From Paraspadella gotoi (lineage: Eukaryota; Animalia; Chaetognatha), in the NCBI GenBank assembly GCA_051294375.1, contig CM119263.1, forward strand, positions 20,240,115-20,304,114: DNA of 64,000 bases, in the 5' to 3' direction. The translations under genes and the position numbers were made by a program. Of this stretch, positions 1-12,158 are shown piece by piece; positions within the stretch are counted from its first letter, which is position 1; each line of letters begins with the position of its first letter. The notes beneath the pieces were generated by a model, which saw nothing but the letters and a program-made list of their open reading frames with translations, was not told the origin of the DNA and made no database searches.

Positions 1-760
1 ATTTGACATTTGTTTTGGAAGTGGCAACGCATTTTCCTATCGGTTCACGTCGGTAGACGTCTCGATTTGCGTTTCTGCTGAAGTACCAAAATCGATGAAA
101 ACAAAAGAAGATGGTCTCATGAAAACACTAGTAAAGTAATAAAGGAATAAAGGGTTGAAATGAACCATGATCTTTTCTTATTGCTTGGTGTAACAGTCGC
201 TTGACATTCTTATAATTGTACTAACCTACTATCCGACTCTCCGGCGATTTCCCACATGATCTTTGATTGAACGGAAAATCGGGGAGCGCACGCACCGATC
301 ACGTCTTCGTCCCGAGAGACGAATACCGAAGCGCCGAGATTCTGATCGACGTTAATTCGCACGATTCCGGCGAAACACGAAGGTTTCGCCTTCACGCAAC
401 AAAAAAGTGAATCTAACGTGGTCATATTGCTTGGGTATCTTTGATTTTCGAATTTATTCCTCCAATTACCCTTACCGTTGTCATCAAATCGACGAGTTGA
501 CAATTCGAGCCAGAATCGCTAAGGCTGCAACCCCAAACGACGCCATGACCTCTTACATTTTCTCCGGCTTCATTGGTTGTGTTATGACGCGGAGCCCCGA
601 CGAAAAGACGTCGGCTGGAGGCGGCGACAGAGAAACCGAAACTATCAGATTGACTGCTGGGAGACACTTCATGAGGCTCAGGATGAATATTGAAAGAATT
701 TGTGAAGATTATTTTGCGGAAAAACAAAGAAAAATAAATACAATAAATTGAACGATGCAT
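1..760 (-). CDS. Integrin alpha subunit, 5' portion (exons ~760-476, ~389-226, ~77-1; continues off the left edge)
   Basis: The spliced translation gives a signal-like N-terminus, then S|FNI..., SDSFGFSV, LFVGAP, GVVWGC...C, QNLGASV, VIGACAPRF and REPIGKC. These match the integrin alpha beta-propeller/FG-GAP start (FNLD, YFGYSV, LLVGAP, QWLGASV, ACAPR, EPVGTC). GT-AG junctions keep the frame (phase 0, then phase 2). Confidence 0.9.
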
Positions 761-993
761 GGTAAAAATACTTTGGTTTAAAAAGCGAATCGGTTTAATC
801 TGCTGGTCTCGCGTCGCGAATCTAATTACCAGTTTTGCTGAAATGATCAGCGATCAACAATCAAAAAGTAAAAATTTATAGGGGATACCATATAAACAAA
901 ATACGTAAAATCTCCCAATTAAATATGAATTATTAAAATAGGTTTGAATATGTTATTTGTATTATGATCGTTTCGTTTCGTTGTGTTTCGAGA

Positions 994-1256
994 TTTAAAG
1001 AAATAGCGAGAGTTTGATTTCAACAACGAATTTTTGTATTTTCATTAGAAAAAACGGACATGTTTCGGCTTTTTGCTTTCAAGCCTTTATCAGCGTTAAA
1101 CAGTTTGACGTTGTTGAAATCAAATTCAAACTATTTCTTTAAATACAGGGAGATCCAGCTCTTTGGGACTAAATTAAAAAAATTCTTTTGAATTGGTAAA
1201 TAATCGAATTATGATTTGAAAATTTTAACCTTCTCTAAGTGTTCAGAGAAAGCGGC
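994..1256 (-). mobile_element. Probable Penelope-like element terminal relic (hammerhead plus inverted partial repeat)
   Basis: Contains a minimal hammerhead motif. 994-1029 (tttaaagaaatag...tttgatttcaacaacg) is an inverted partial copy of ~1109-1143. Inverted/partial pLTRs carrying hammerheads are characteristic of Penelope-like elements. Confidence 0.45.
1053..1097 (-). ncRNA. Minimal type I hammerhead ribozyme-like motif (G8A core variant)
   Basis: Minus strand reads AACG CUGAUAA A GGCUU-loop-AAGCC GAAA CAUG UC CGUU. Stem I is AACG/CGUU, stem II is GGCUU/AAGCC, stem III is the palindrome ACAUGU, and the cleavage triplet is GUC. Confidence 0.7.
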
Positions 1257-1777
1257 ATATGTTTTTGCGACCGCGCCAATTGGTAATGCTATCATTTCTA
1301 TCACTATTTTTTTTGTCAGAAAGTTGACAGTTCTAGAGAGGATGCGTGGGACATTCTGCTTCTCCATCCTACATTTTTATTAATCAAGGGGATTGCAGTC
1401 AAAAAAACTGCGCGATCAAAAGTCAGAAGTCACCATCCATCAGTTTGATTTTTTTCAAAATTTCTCAAAATTTTATAAGGAACTGGCGAGAAAAAATATG
1501 ACATGCTATGCAAAATTCAATAATTATAGGAGTTGCCGCGACATTTTTCACACAATTTTGTAAAGTCCAGACGACCATAACTCAGATAGAAATCTACTAT
1601 GAAATTAAATTCAATACGGGCTAGGGTCTAGAAGTCCAATTTCAGGTAAAAAAAGAATTTTTAAAACAAGTTCGATTTTAATGCTTTTATTGTTACTATC
1701 AAAATTACAATATTACTTATTTATATAGTAATATTGTAATTTTAAAATCAATCTTAACTTTTTTGATGTATTCTGAT

Positions 1778-1868
1778 TAGGGTTCCGATAACCGTTAATT
1801 TTAGAAAAATTTAGCTTAACCGTTAAAACTAATATTTTTTAACGGTTAACCGTTAAAATCGGTTAATT
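1778..1868 (+). mobile_element. Possible hAT-like non-autonomous transposon terminus
   Basis: Starts TAGGG and carries clustered AACCGTT/AACGGTT subterminal motifs in both orientations. The partner end was not found. Confidence 0.35.
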
Positions 1869-2032
1869 TTATAATTTTACTTTAAATTTAAAATATTATT
1901 ATTTAAATCAAACTAAAGTATTTAATGGTATTTTATCTTTAACTCTTGCTCCTGAATCTTTTTTATCTTCTATTTCAGATAGATAGGTACATATTTTAGT
2001 TGGTAAATTAAAAGTTGATTTGAGCAAACAAT

Positions 2033-2529
2033 TTCGGAGATAGTCAAGGAATTGTCTCCAATTTTCCTCCGATTGGTCCCCGTAGAGATAAGCATTGATG
2101 CGGGAGTTTATGTCGACGCTGATCTTGGATCCAGATGGGCGAACTTTTCCTTTGCATCATATATAATTGGCGCGAATGTAAGCTGCCTCGACTCGTTTGA
2201 CCCCAAATGTCGATGTTTTTGCTATCGAACGCCGGCAGCTCCGGCTTCTTTTTTCTCTCGAGCGCCTTTAGCGCCGCAGCTAGTGCCGTGCGCAAGCTTT
2301 CGGTCTCGTCGGAGGCGGTGGCGGCCATCTCGCTGGGCGCGTCGACGAAGTTGTCGATTCGAGAGGGCGAGAGGTTAAAGGTCGGCGTCACTGCGGCGCC
2401 GCTCGGGGCGCTGGGCGAGTTCTCTCACGAGATGCGATGCGGCCTCTGCCAATGGAGCTGGGGACGTTGATGCTGCGGGAGGCGAAGTCGTAGACGAGCT
2501 GATTGGCGGATATCGCTAGGCTCGGTCAT
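2033..2529 (-). pseudogene. Frameshifted gag fragment of a Gypsy-type LTR retrotransposon
   Basis: Correcting about three 1-nt indels gives approximately ...KKKPELPAFDSKNIDIWVKRVEAAYIRANIYDAKEKFAHL.SKISVDINSRINAYLYGDQSEENWRQFLDYLR. This resembles the LPxF...W...E..Y...KF gag N-terminal motif and lies directly downstream of the LTR and PBS. It is truncated near 2033. Confidence 0.7.
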
Positions 2530-2571
2530 GGAGAATCAGTCTCGTGGGCAGGATCAGAAGGTTGGATTTTG

Positions 2572-2589
2572 TAAACGTCGTGATCACCA
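2572..2589 (-). promoter_or_regulatory. Primer-binding site, tRNA-Trp-like
   Basis: TGGTGATCACGACG lies 1 nt after the LTR CA end. It differs at two positions from TGGTGACCCCGACG, the complement of the eukaryotic tRNA-Trp 3' end. Confidence 0.65.
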
Positions 2590-2590
2590 A

Positions 2591-3152
2591 TGTAGATGGC
2601 CCAGGATGGTGCCATCAAACGTGATAACGGAAGTGAAGTTGGCGCTGACGTTGGCGCTGTTTCGTTTCTGACTGATTGTTTATTGTTTATATAAAAGCAT
2701 TGATAAACCAACTTGCTTGGTTAAAGGAAGTAAAACCTTAATAAAATAATCAAACATATAGATATTCCATAGGCCAATCAGCATATGCAATATCTATATG
2801 TAAAGCCACAAACAATAGAAAAAGCAATCAATTAATTAATCAATTAATTAAACAAATAAAAGTAATATTCAAAACAATTATAAATTAGTTGATGAGATGT
2901 TCCAGTTTATTTATTTCCCGCACAATTATGGCTTCCTTTTACAGGCAGATGGAATAAAGAAGGGAAAATCAGCTGATCCAGTTACTTGATAGTTCTTTTG
3001 TTTTACTAACACAAGGCTAACAAAAGGCTAACACAAGGCTAACAAAAGGTTTAAGCATAAAAGGTTTCCAAGTAGATATCAGCATATGTTACAGTGGCGA
3101 CTCTGGCCGAGTCTTGGCTCAGCGGCTGGAGAATCTGGGGTTCAAGGCTACA
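2591..3152 (-). mobile_element. 5' LTR (~562 bp) of a truncated Gypsy-type retrotransposon
   Basis: Minus strand begins TGTAG at 3152 and ends CTACA at 2591 (TG...CA with a 5-bp inverted repeat). It has an internal AATAAA and an 11-bp tandem repeat (ctaacacaagg, ~3006-3049), and is followed by the PBS and gag. Confidence 0.7.
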
Positions 3153-3256
3153 TGATAAATCTTACTTACCTCATAGCATAATAAATATATATAAAAGGAC
3201 AAAGAAAGAAAAACCGCAATGTAATTCTAATTCTATGTTTTGTCTTTTCTTTCTCT

Positions 3257-4850
3257 NNNNNNNNNNNNNNNNNNNNNNNNNNNNNNNNNNNNNNNNNNNN
3301 NNNNNNNNNNNNNNNNNNNNNNNNNNNNNNNNNNNNNNNNNNNNNNNNNNNNNNNNNNNNNNNNNNNNNNNNNNNNNNNNNNNNNNNNNNNNNNNNNNNN
3401 NNNNNNNNNNNNNNNNNNNNNNNNNNNNNNNNNNNNNNNNNNNNNNNNNNNNNNNNNNNNNNNNNNNNNNNNNNNNNNNNNNNNNNNNNNNNNNNNNNNN
3501 NNNNNNNNNNNNNNNNNNNNNNNNNNNNNNNNNNNNNNNNNNNNNNNNNNNNNNNNNNNNNNNNNNNNNNNNNNNNNNNNNNNNNNNNNNNNNNNNNNNN
3601 NNNNNNNNNNNNNNNNNNNNNNNNNNNNNNNNNNNNNNNNNNNNNNNNNNNNNNNNNNNNNNNNNNCATAAAAAGTTAAATGAAAAATATAACTACAACT
3701 TTCAAAAATTCTTATGTTTTCTGGGTCAAAATTAAGAAAAAGTAATAAAATTATCGAAATATGATGATGATGATTATTAATAGTTTTTCATATTTTTCAC
3801 CCATTTACGATTAAAATATCGAGATAACCTTTTGCAAGCTGAATCTGATCTTAAAAATCTTAAAAGCATAAGGATCAAGCCATGATGATANNNNNNNNNN
3901 NNNNNNNNNNNNNNNNNNNNNNNNNNNNNNNNNNNNNNNNNNNNNNNNNNNNNNNNNNNNNNNNNNNNNNNNNNNNNNNNNNNNNNNNNNNNNNNNNNNN
4001 NNNNNNNNNNNNNNNNNNNNNNNNNNNNNNNNNNNNNNNNNNNNNNNNNNNNNNNNNNNNNNNNNNNNNNNNNNNNNNNNNNNNNNNNNNNNNNNNNNNN
4101 NNNNNNNNNNNNNNNNNNNNNNNNNNNNNNNNNNNNNNNNNNNNNNNNNNNNNNNNNNNNNNNNNNNNNNNNNNNNNNNNNNNNNNNNNNNNNNNNNNNN
4201 NNNNNNNNNNNNNNNNNNNNNNNNNNNNNNNNNNNNNNNNNNNNNNNNNNNNNNNNNNNNNNNNNNNNNNNNNNNNNNNNNNNNNNNNNNNNNNNNNNNN
4301 NNNNNNNNNNNNNNNNNNNNNNNNNNNNNNNNNNNNNNNNNNNNNNNNNNNNNNNNNNNNNNNNNNNNNNNNNNNNNNNNNNNNNNNNNNNNNNNNNNNN
4401 NNNNNNNNNNNNNNNNNNNNNNNNNNNNNNNNNNNNNNNNNNNNNNNNNNNNNNNNNNNNNNNNNNNNNNNNNNNNNNNNNNNNNNNNNNNNNNNNNNNN
4501 NNNNNNNNNNNNNNNNNNNNNNNNNNNNNNNNNNNNNNNNNNNNNNNNNNNNNNNNNNNNNNNNNNNNNNNNNNNNNNNNNNNNNNNNNNNNNNNNNNNN
4601 NNNNNNNNNNNNNNNNNNNNNNNNNNNNNNNNNNNNNNNNNNNNNNNNNNNNNNNNNNNNNNNNNNNNNNNNNNNNNNNNNNNNNNNNNNNNNNNNNNNN
4701 NNNNNNNNNNNNNNNNNNNNNNNNNNNNNNNNNNNNNNNNNNNNNNNNNNNNNNNNNNNNNNNNNNNNNNNNNNNNNNNNNNNNNNNNNNNNNNNNNNNN
4801 NNNNNNNNNNNNNNNNNNNNNNNNNNNNNNNNNNNNNNNNNNNNNNNNNN
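3257..4850. other. Assembly gaps (N runs 3257-3666 and 3891-4850); further gaps at ~48177-48577, 49063-49087, 61448-61472, 62190-62313 and 62799-62823
   Basis: Literal N runs; ORFs spanning them are artefacts. Confidence 0.98.
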
Positions 4851-5852
4851 GTATTTTTTTAAATATAATGCATATTGTTCGGCGAAAGTGCTGCATATAT
4901 AATAAGTCACATTAGCTGATTTACATGTGGCAATTCATGTCAATATAAGTTATTCTTCACTTTTTTTAAAATGTTATCCACGAAAATCTTGGATGTAAAT
5001 TTGGGATTTTGTATGAGAAAAAAGCCCCGAATAAAAGTTTTTAGAAAAAAAAAAACATAATCATAATTTTTCAAAAAAAGAACGATCACGCAAGAGATCG
5101 TTAAGAGAGAAAGAGACAGAAAGAGAAAGAGAGAGAAAGAGAGACAAAGCTGGACAGCTGCTTGAAGGCCGCTGTACAGTCAGTGCAGAAACTGAACTCG
5201 TTTTTTCTGAAAATAAAGAAATAAAAGAAATAAAAGAAAGGCAAAAAATGTTACAATGGTTTACAATTTGGAAATTTTTCCAATTTTTTTCCAATCGCAG
5301 CTTGTAAAAGATTTTATTTTTATTTGTATTAAAATTAAGATATAGCTTCTCATTAAAAGTTATTTTGAGTTCCCATTTTATTAGAGATTTTAAAAAAATT
5401 TTTTTGAATTTCATCTTCAATATTATATACTGCAATATGTAAATTAGATTAAAGCATTTCTATATACTAATTTGGATATGATAATGAGTACTATAATCTC
5501 ATTTTGCATATTGCAGTAAATCATAATGAAGTGGAAATTCAAACAAAAAATACTTAAATCCAAATGTAATAAGAAAATATCAAAGCTATTTCAAGATGAG
5601 AAGCCATATCTAAATTTTTAACTTACTATGAATGCACACTTTCGTAAAACTTTATCATAATTCATAATAATTTTTATTTTAAAAAAAAACGGTAAGTCAC
5701 AGCCAAACCTTAAAAGCGTAGTAGTTTTTATTTAAAAACAGCGTGACGGCCGACGACGACGACGACGACGACGACCGACTACGTCACAAAAGAAGCTCAC
5801 CCGAATTCATAGTCCAAGCTGAACCGGCTTCGCCGGTCATGGCTTGATAAAA
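3853..5852 (-). mobile_element. Non-autonomous Helentron/DINE-like element, family A (subTIR ATCAAGCCATG), spanning a gap
   Basis: The minus-strand 5' end is TTTT-ATCAAGCCATG-accggcgaagccggt hairpin followed by (GTC)n. The 3' end is CATGGCTTGAT-CCTTATGCTTTTAAG-ATTTT at ~3853-3885. Both ends sit in T runs. Confidence 0.55.
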
Positions 5853-6427
5853 ATAAAAAAATCTTTAAAACAATTTTAAGCCCTTCTATTTATAAATAAA
5901 TTGGTAGTTTATACGTTTTTAATGAAATATATAAAACCAATTAAAACAAATTCATTCAACTGAAATCGATAATGAATTATTTGCGGTTTATTTTAAAAAT
6001 TCGATGTTCTTTTGCTACACATGTCGGAAAGAGATCTCACCGCTCTCTAGCGAATGTTTAACAAAGGAATAGGATTCTTTTTTTCCGTTCAGGTCCTCGT
6101 TAGTTTGCAAAGAAATAAATGGAATTACGAATGTTGCTTGCATATATCTTGCATTTATCAGCTTTATAATACATTTGTGAAGCAATCCTCGCTAATATCG
6201 TTGCGTTTCGGGGAAGTGTAAAGTCCTGACGACCGCTTATATTCAATTGGAAGTCCTCTGAAGACCAACTCTACCGAAGCTTGAAATTAAGCTGAGCTAT
6301 TTTTAGCTCCCATCAGTAAACTGATGTATTCGAGATGTCTGCAACATTCTGAAAAAGCGAAATATTTTTTTTGACTTTCCAATACTTCCATATGATAATA
6401 TCCTTTCAAGTCCGTTGGGTTGATGAT

Positions 6428-6620
6428 ATGGTGGACTAAAATCCACCAACCGTTCATCAGCGGCCATTTGTGCCGGGGGCAAGTCATTCGCCTCCCAACC
6501 CAAAGGTCCGGGGTTCTAGCCCGGTGTTCGCCTAGCAAGGGGGCGCTTAACCCGCCTGTAACACATTGTTACAGCCTGATCCAAAGCTCAGGGACTGCTT
6601 ATATTGAACGGTTCTTTCAT
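6428..6620 (+). mobile_element. tRNA-Gly(CCC)-like repeat enclosed by subterminal inverted repeats (copy 1)
   Basis: tRNA-like core from 6460 (GCGGCCA...cgccTCCCAac...GGTTCTAGCCC). It is flanked by AACCGTTCA/TGAACGGTT and a GGTGGA/TCCACC hairpin. An inverted second copy lies at 24238-24442. Confidence 0.65.
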
Positions 6621-7365
6621 TAATACATAACAATAATTACTGTCTCTTCAATGGTATCAATGCAACCAGCGTTCCCGCACTAATGTTAATCTTTGAAGGC
6701 CATTGATTAAAAATTTACCCGGAGCCTTATAACTTTTAAAATGTGATAAAAAATATTTTGGTAGTAATTGTATAATTTTATGTTGTTGAAAAATAATATT
6801 ATATTAAAACCTATTTAATGGCAGAAAAATATATTTGATAATGAAATTAACCGACTTTTCCAAACTGCGACAATTTTTTTTCCGTCAATGCGCTGCCGAT
6901 CAATTGATCAACTTGCTAATATTTCGAATGAGTTCTTATGAACTCTAAAACTCAACATCTGTTAGACTTTTTCTGTGATAGGTCCATTCTGTGATTCTTC
7001 TTATCATTTTTTTGTTTTATATTTTGATTTTTGATTCTCCTTTTGGACGACCGCACAACGTTATATATTTTGTTCTTTTCTTTTTCAGAAGAAAAAAAAC
7101 AAACTTTTAATCACTAATGAGCTTTTTTGCTTTTCAGTAAGAAGAATTTATCAATGATTTTGATATCGGAGACAAATTTAAATTGAGAAGTTCTGCAGGT
7201 AATTTTCATTGTAATTCTAAATTATTTTAAGTTAGGGATAGAAATGCATGGAAATGGCGGATTCTTAGGCCCACTAGTTATGATTATGCTTCTGATTTAT
7301 TTTTACAATGATATCCTCGAGGTATGCAGCTACGCTCTCATTTCGTCTTATATATAAACTAATAT

Positions 7366-7625
7366 AGGGAGTGGTCTTTTCATACAATTGAAACATTCTT
7401 TGAAATATTTTCCACTTCATTGATAGGGAAGCCAGGTACTCTGGGAGTGAATAAACGAGACTGTGAGATAGTCTTGATTGAAAGCTTGCAGGGACCTGCT
7501 ATGTCATTATCTTGTAAGAGTGATGGAGGCCTTAAACCACCAAAGCCTGTCCAAAGTCAGGGGCAAGATAGCTTATTTATTAAATGAATGGATAATTTTT
7601 ATATTGGTTGTACCAATTTCATAAA
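7366..7625 (+). repeat. Unclassified 260-bp dispersed repeat (copy 1)
   Basis: Near-identical to 19564-19823 (about two substitutions). A ~45-bp core recurs at ~41267-41311. Confidence 0.9.
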
Positions 7626-8373
7626 TTTTTCTGATGTAAATCTCAACATTTTTTTCAGGTTTTGGAAAGTACTGCCCCCACCCTGATCGTCGGAGCCTAC
7701 TGTATAAGGTAGGTGTGGAAACTTATCCCCTTATATTTGAATGTGTATAAATTTTAAATAAAAATTATTAGGCTCGATTGTTTTTTTTTTTTTTTTTTCT
7801 ATTTTTAAGTACCTTATAAGTAACTCCTTGAAATTTGAAGTAATTCTTTTGTGATTGTACATAAAACTTTACCTTTAAACGTTTTGTAGATTATCTTGCC
7901 TATATTCTGTATTGGAGCATTTATTTGTCTGTTATGGGTAAGCTGGTTTTTGTAGCAAGGGTGCAAAAAATTGTTGAGAATTTCAATAAACGAATAGACA
8001 ATCAACTCTTTTTAAATGTATGCCAGCCTAAATTTTGTGAGCTGAGGCTGTTCTAAAATAAATTGAAATTATTAATTTTATTATTTTGAAAAATAATATT
8101 CAGATACTTGCTTTCCATTATTGAAATTTAAACAAATTAAATTTGTACTTCTTTCTTACTCAAAATTTATTCGCAGAGAAGCCTCAGCGTTCATTATAAA
8201 AATGTTCCTATAAAATATAATGGGTGTCAAAATCAAATCAAATGTAAATTTTTTTCCATGCGCTCGAAAAAGCTAATCTACTGGAATTTGAACACGTTTT
8301 CTCGATTATACGTAGATAGGCTATTTCCGAGAATATTTTCACCCACCATTGTTGCTTTCACGCCAAATTGTGA

Positions 8374-10490
<2,117 letters not shown>

Positions 10491-10845
10491 GGTTCGACTT
10501 CTTATTGCGTTAAAGAAATAACTTTAATTACGAGCACTGAAGGAAAAACTTTTTTTTAGGAAATGTTACGTCGCCAGCTTTTTAAAAAGACTGAAGTCAT
10601 TGTTTCTGTCACGCTTATCTTCATAGTTTTGTTTATTTGTTCACATTTTGTTTGAGTCAAATTCAATTTTCGAATTGGAATTTTCGATTTCGAAATTCTT
10701 GTAAAAAAATCGTTCATCGGCTGAATTCGTTTATTTTATGGTGAGCGCTTACTGAGTTAGTATTAGCTATTGTCTATGGCTATTGGTTTGCTTTTGTTAT
10801 TTTGGTAGTCAGCTTTAAATCGTAATGATAGGAAGTATGGGTTAA

Positions 10846-11415
10846 TTTTACTTTCGCCGACCGGGGATAAGGGTGGATTAGGGGTAATTAGGCCTTAATT
10901 TAGGGTTCAAAGGTTTTAGGGTAATTGGGTAATAATTTTGAATATTTGATTTTATTACAAACAAACTTAAGCAAGTATTTATTAAAATATATGAATAATA
11001 ATAAGAATATTAAGGGGCATAATTTGATTTTAAGCCTCAGCAGTCGATACATACTTGAAGACTGACCAACTTATTTAGCATGATTTATACCACCGGGTTA
11101 ATTTTACAGGTTATTTTTACTTTTGCCGACCGGGGTTAGGAAAGGGTTAGGGTTAAGGGTTGTTTAAGGTTAAGGGTGGTTAGGGTTAAGAGGGTTAGGG
11201 TAATTAGATAATATTTTTTTTAATTTTTTTTTAAAATAAATATTTTTAAGTATTTTGAAAACCGCGGTCGGCGAAAGTAAAATTTAGCCAATTTTACTTT
11301 CGCCGACCAGGGTTAAGGAGGGGTTAGGGTTAAGGGTGGTTTAGAGTTAGGGGTGGTTAGGGTAATTAGGTAATAATTTTTTAAATTTTTTTTTTAAAAG
11401 TAAATATTTTTTAAA
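10846..11415 (+). mobile_element. Tandem trio of MITE-like units carrying degenerate TTAGGG/TTAAGGG arrays
   Basis: The left end TTTTACTTTCGCCGACC occurs at ~10846, ~11115 and ~11292. The inverted right end GGTCGGCGAAAGTAAAA occurs at ~11266-11282 and again at ~20879-20895. Telomere-like repeats lie inside. Confidence 0.65.
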
Positions 11416-11730
11416 AATAGTTTTAACCTCGTTTTGATTCAAGATTTTGATTTTAATTTCCATTCGCGGTTAAAGTTTTTGATTCATGGAAAAAGATTCG
11501 TTAAATATGATCTTATACACTGTACATTTGCACAATGTACACTGTACAGTACACGCAGTATTTCAAATGAGACGGAACAATATTATCTTTAATGACAACG
11601 TTAAATGGAATATGCATCTGCTGAGATGGGAAGTAGTAATGTGGTCACGGTGTAATCTTACACAAACTTTAACACTGATGATCAAAGAATGAGACTTACC
11701 GAAGAGGTTCCTTTAACCAGGGTATGCTTA

Positions 11731-11897
11731 GTACTTACCTGGCTCAGAGGATACCTTGATCAGCCAGGAGGCTTCTCCAGTACAGGGCGAGGTCCTCCCA
11801 TTGCACTTCGGTTGGGCTTACCCTAGCGATTTACCAAAATGTGGCAAACTCAGAAGCGTAATTTGTGTCAGTCGGGTCTGCATACGCGCTAACCCCT
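11731..11897 (+). ncRNA. RNU1: U1 snRNA (variant gene or pseudogene)
   Basis: 5' GTACTTACCTGG, U1A loop CCATTGCACTTCGG, SL3 AAATGTGG...AACTC, Sm site AATTTGTG and a terminal stem-loop, total ~165 nt. The SL1 loop is diverged (GATCAGCCAG versus canonical GATCACGAAG). Confidence 0.9.
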
Positions 11898-12158
11898 TCT
11901 AAATAATCCTAAAGAGTTGTATTGAACTCGATCCTCATCCTCCTCTTCCCCTCCCTCTCCCGAGGATCCGTTCCTTCCAGTACACTCTCCGCGTTTCTCG
12001 AGTCCTACTAACTTCCTTCTTTTCTAATACTATTTTCCGGCCAGGGACTTTCCTGAATAAACATTACCGTTGCGATATAAGTCTTCTTCTTCAGTTGAAA
12101 CCATGAATGTCAATCTCAATAGCCATTCCTCTCCATTTTTTTTTATCGATCGCCAAAG

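Noticed and set aside
3094-4910. Long ORFs of 140-377 aa in the ORF track
   Set aside because: They consist almost entirely of N-gap translation; the same applies to 48023-48767 and 62134-62395.
6460-6532. Functional tRNA-Gly gene
   Set aside because: The anticodon stem and T-loop are imperfect, and the sequence is embedded in a larger dispersed repeat.
6060-7710. Exon-like segments with splice-like signals (e.g. 7139-7198, 7659-7708)
   Set aside because: I could not build a consistent open spliced frame or recognise a protein; these may be UTR, lncRNA or decayed sequence.
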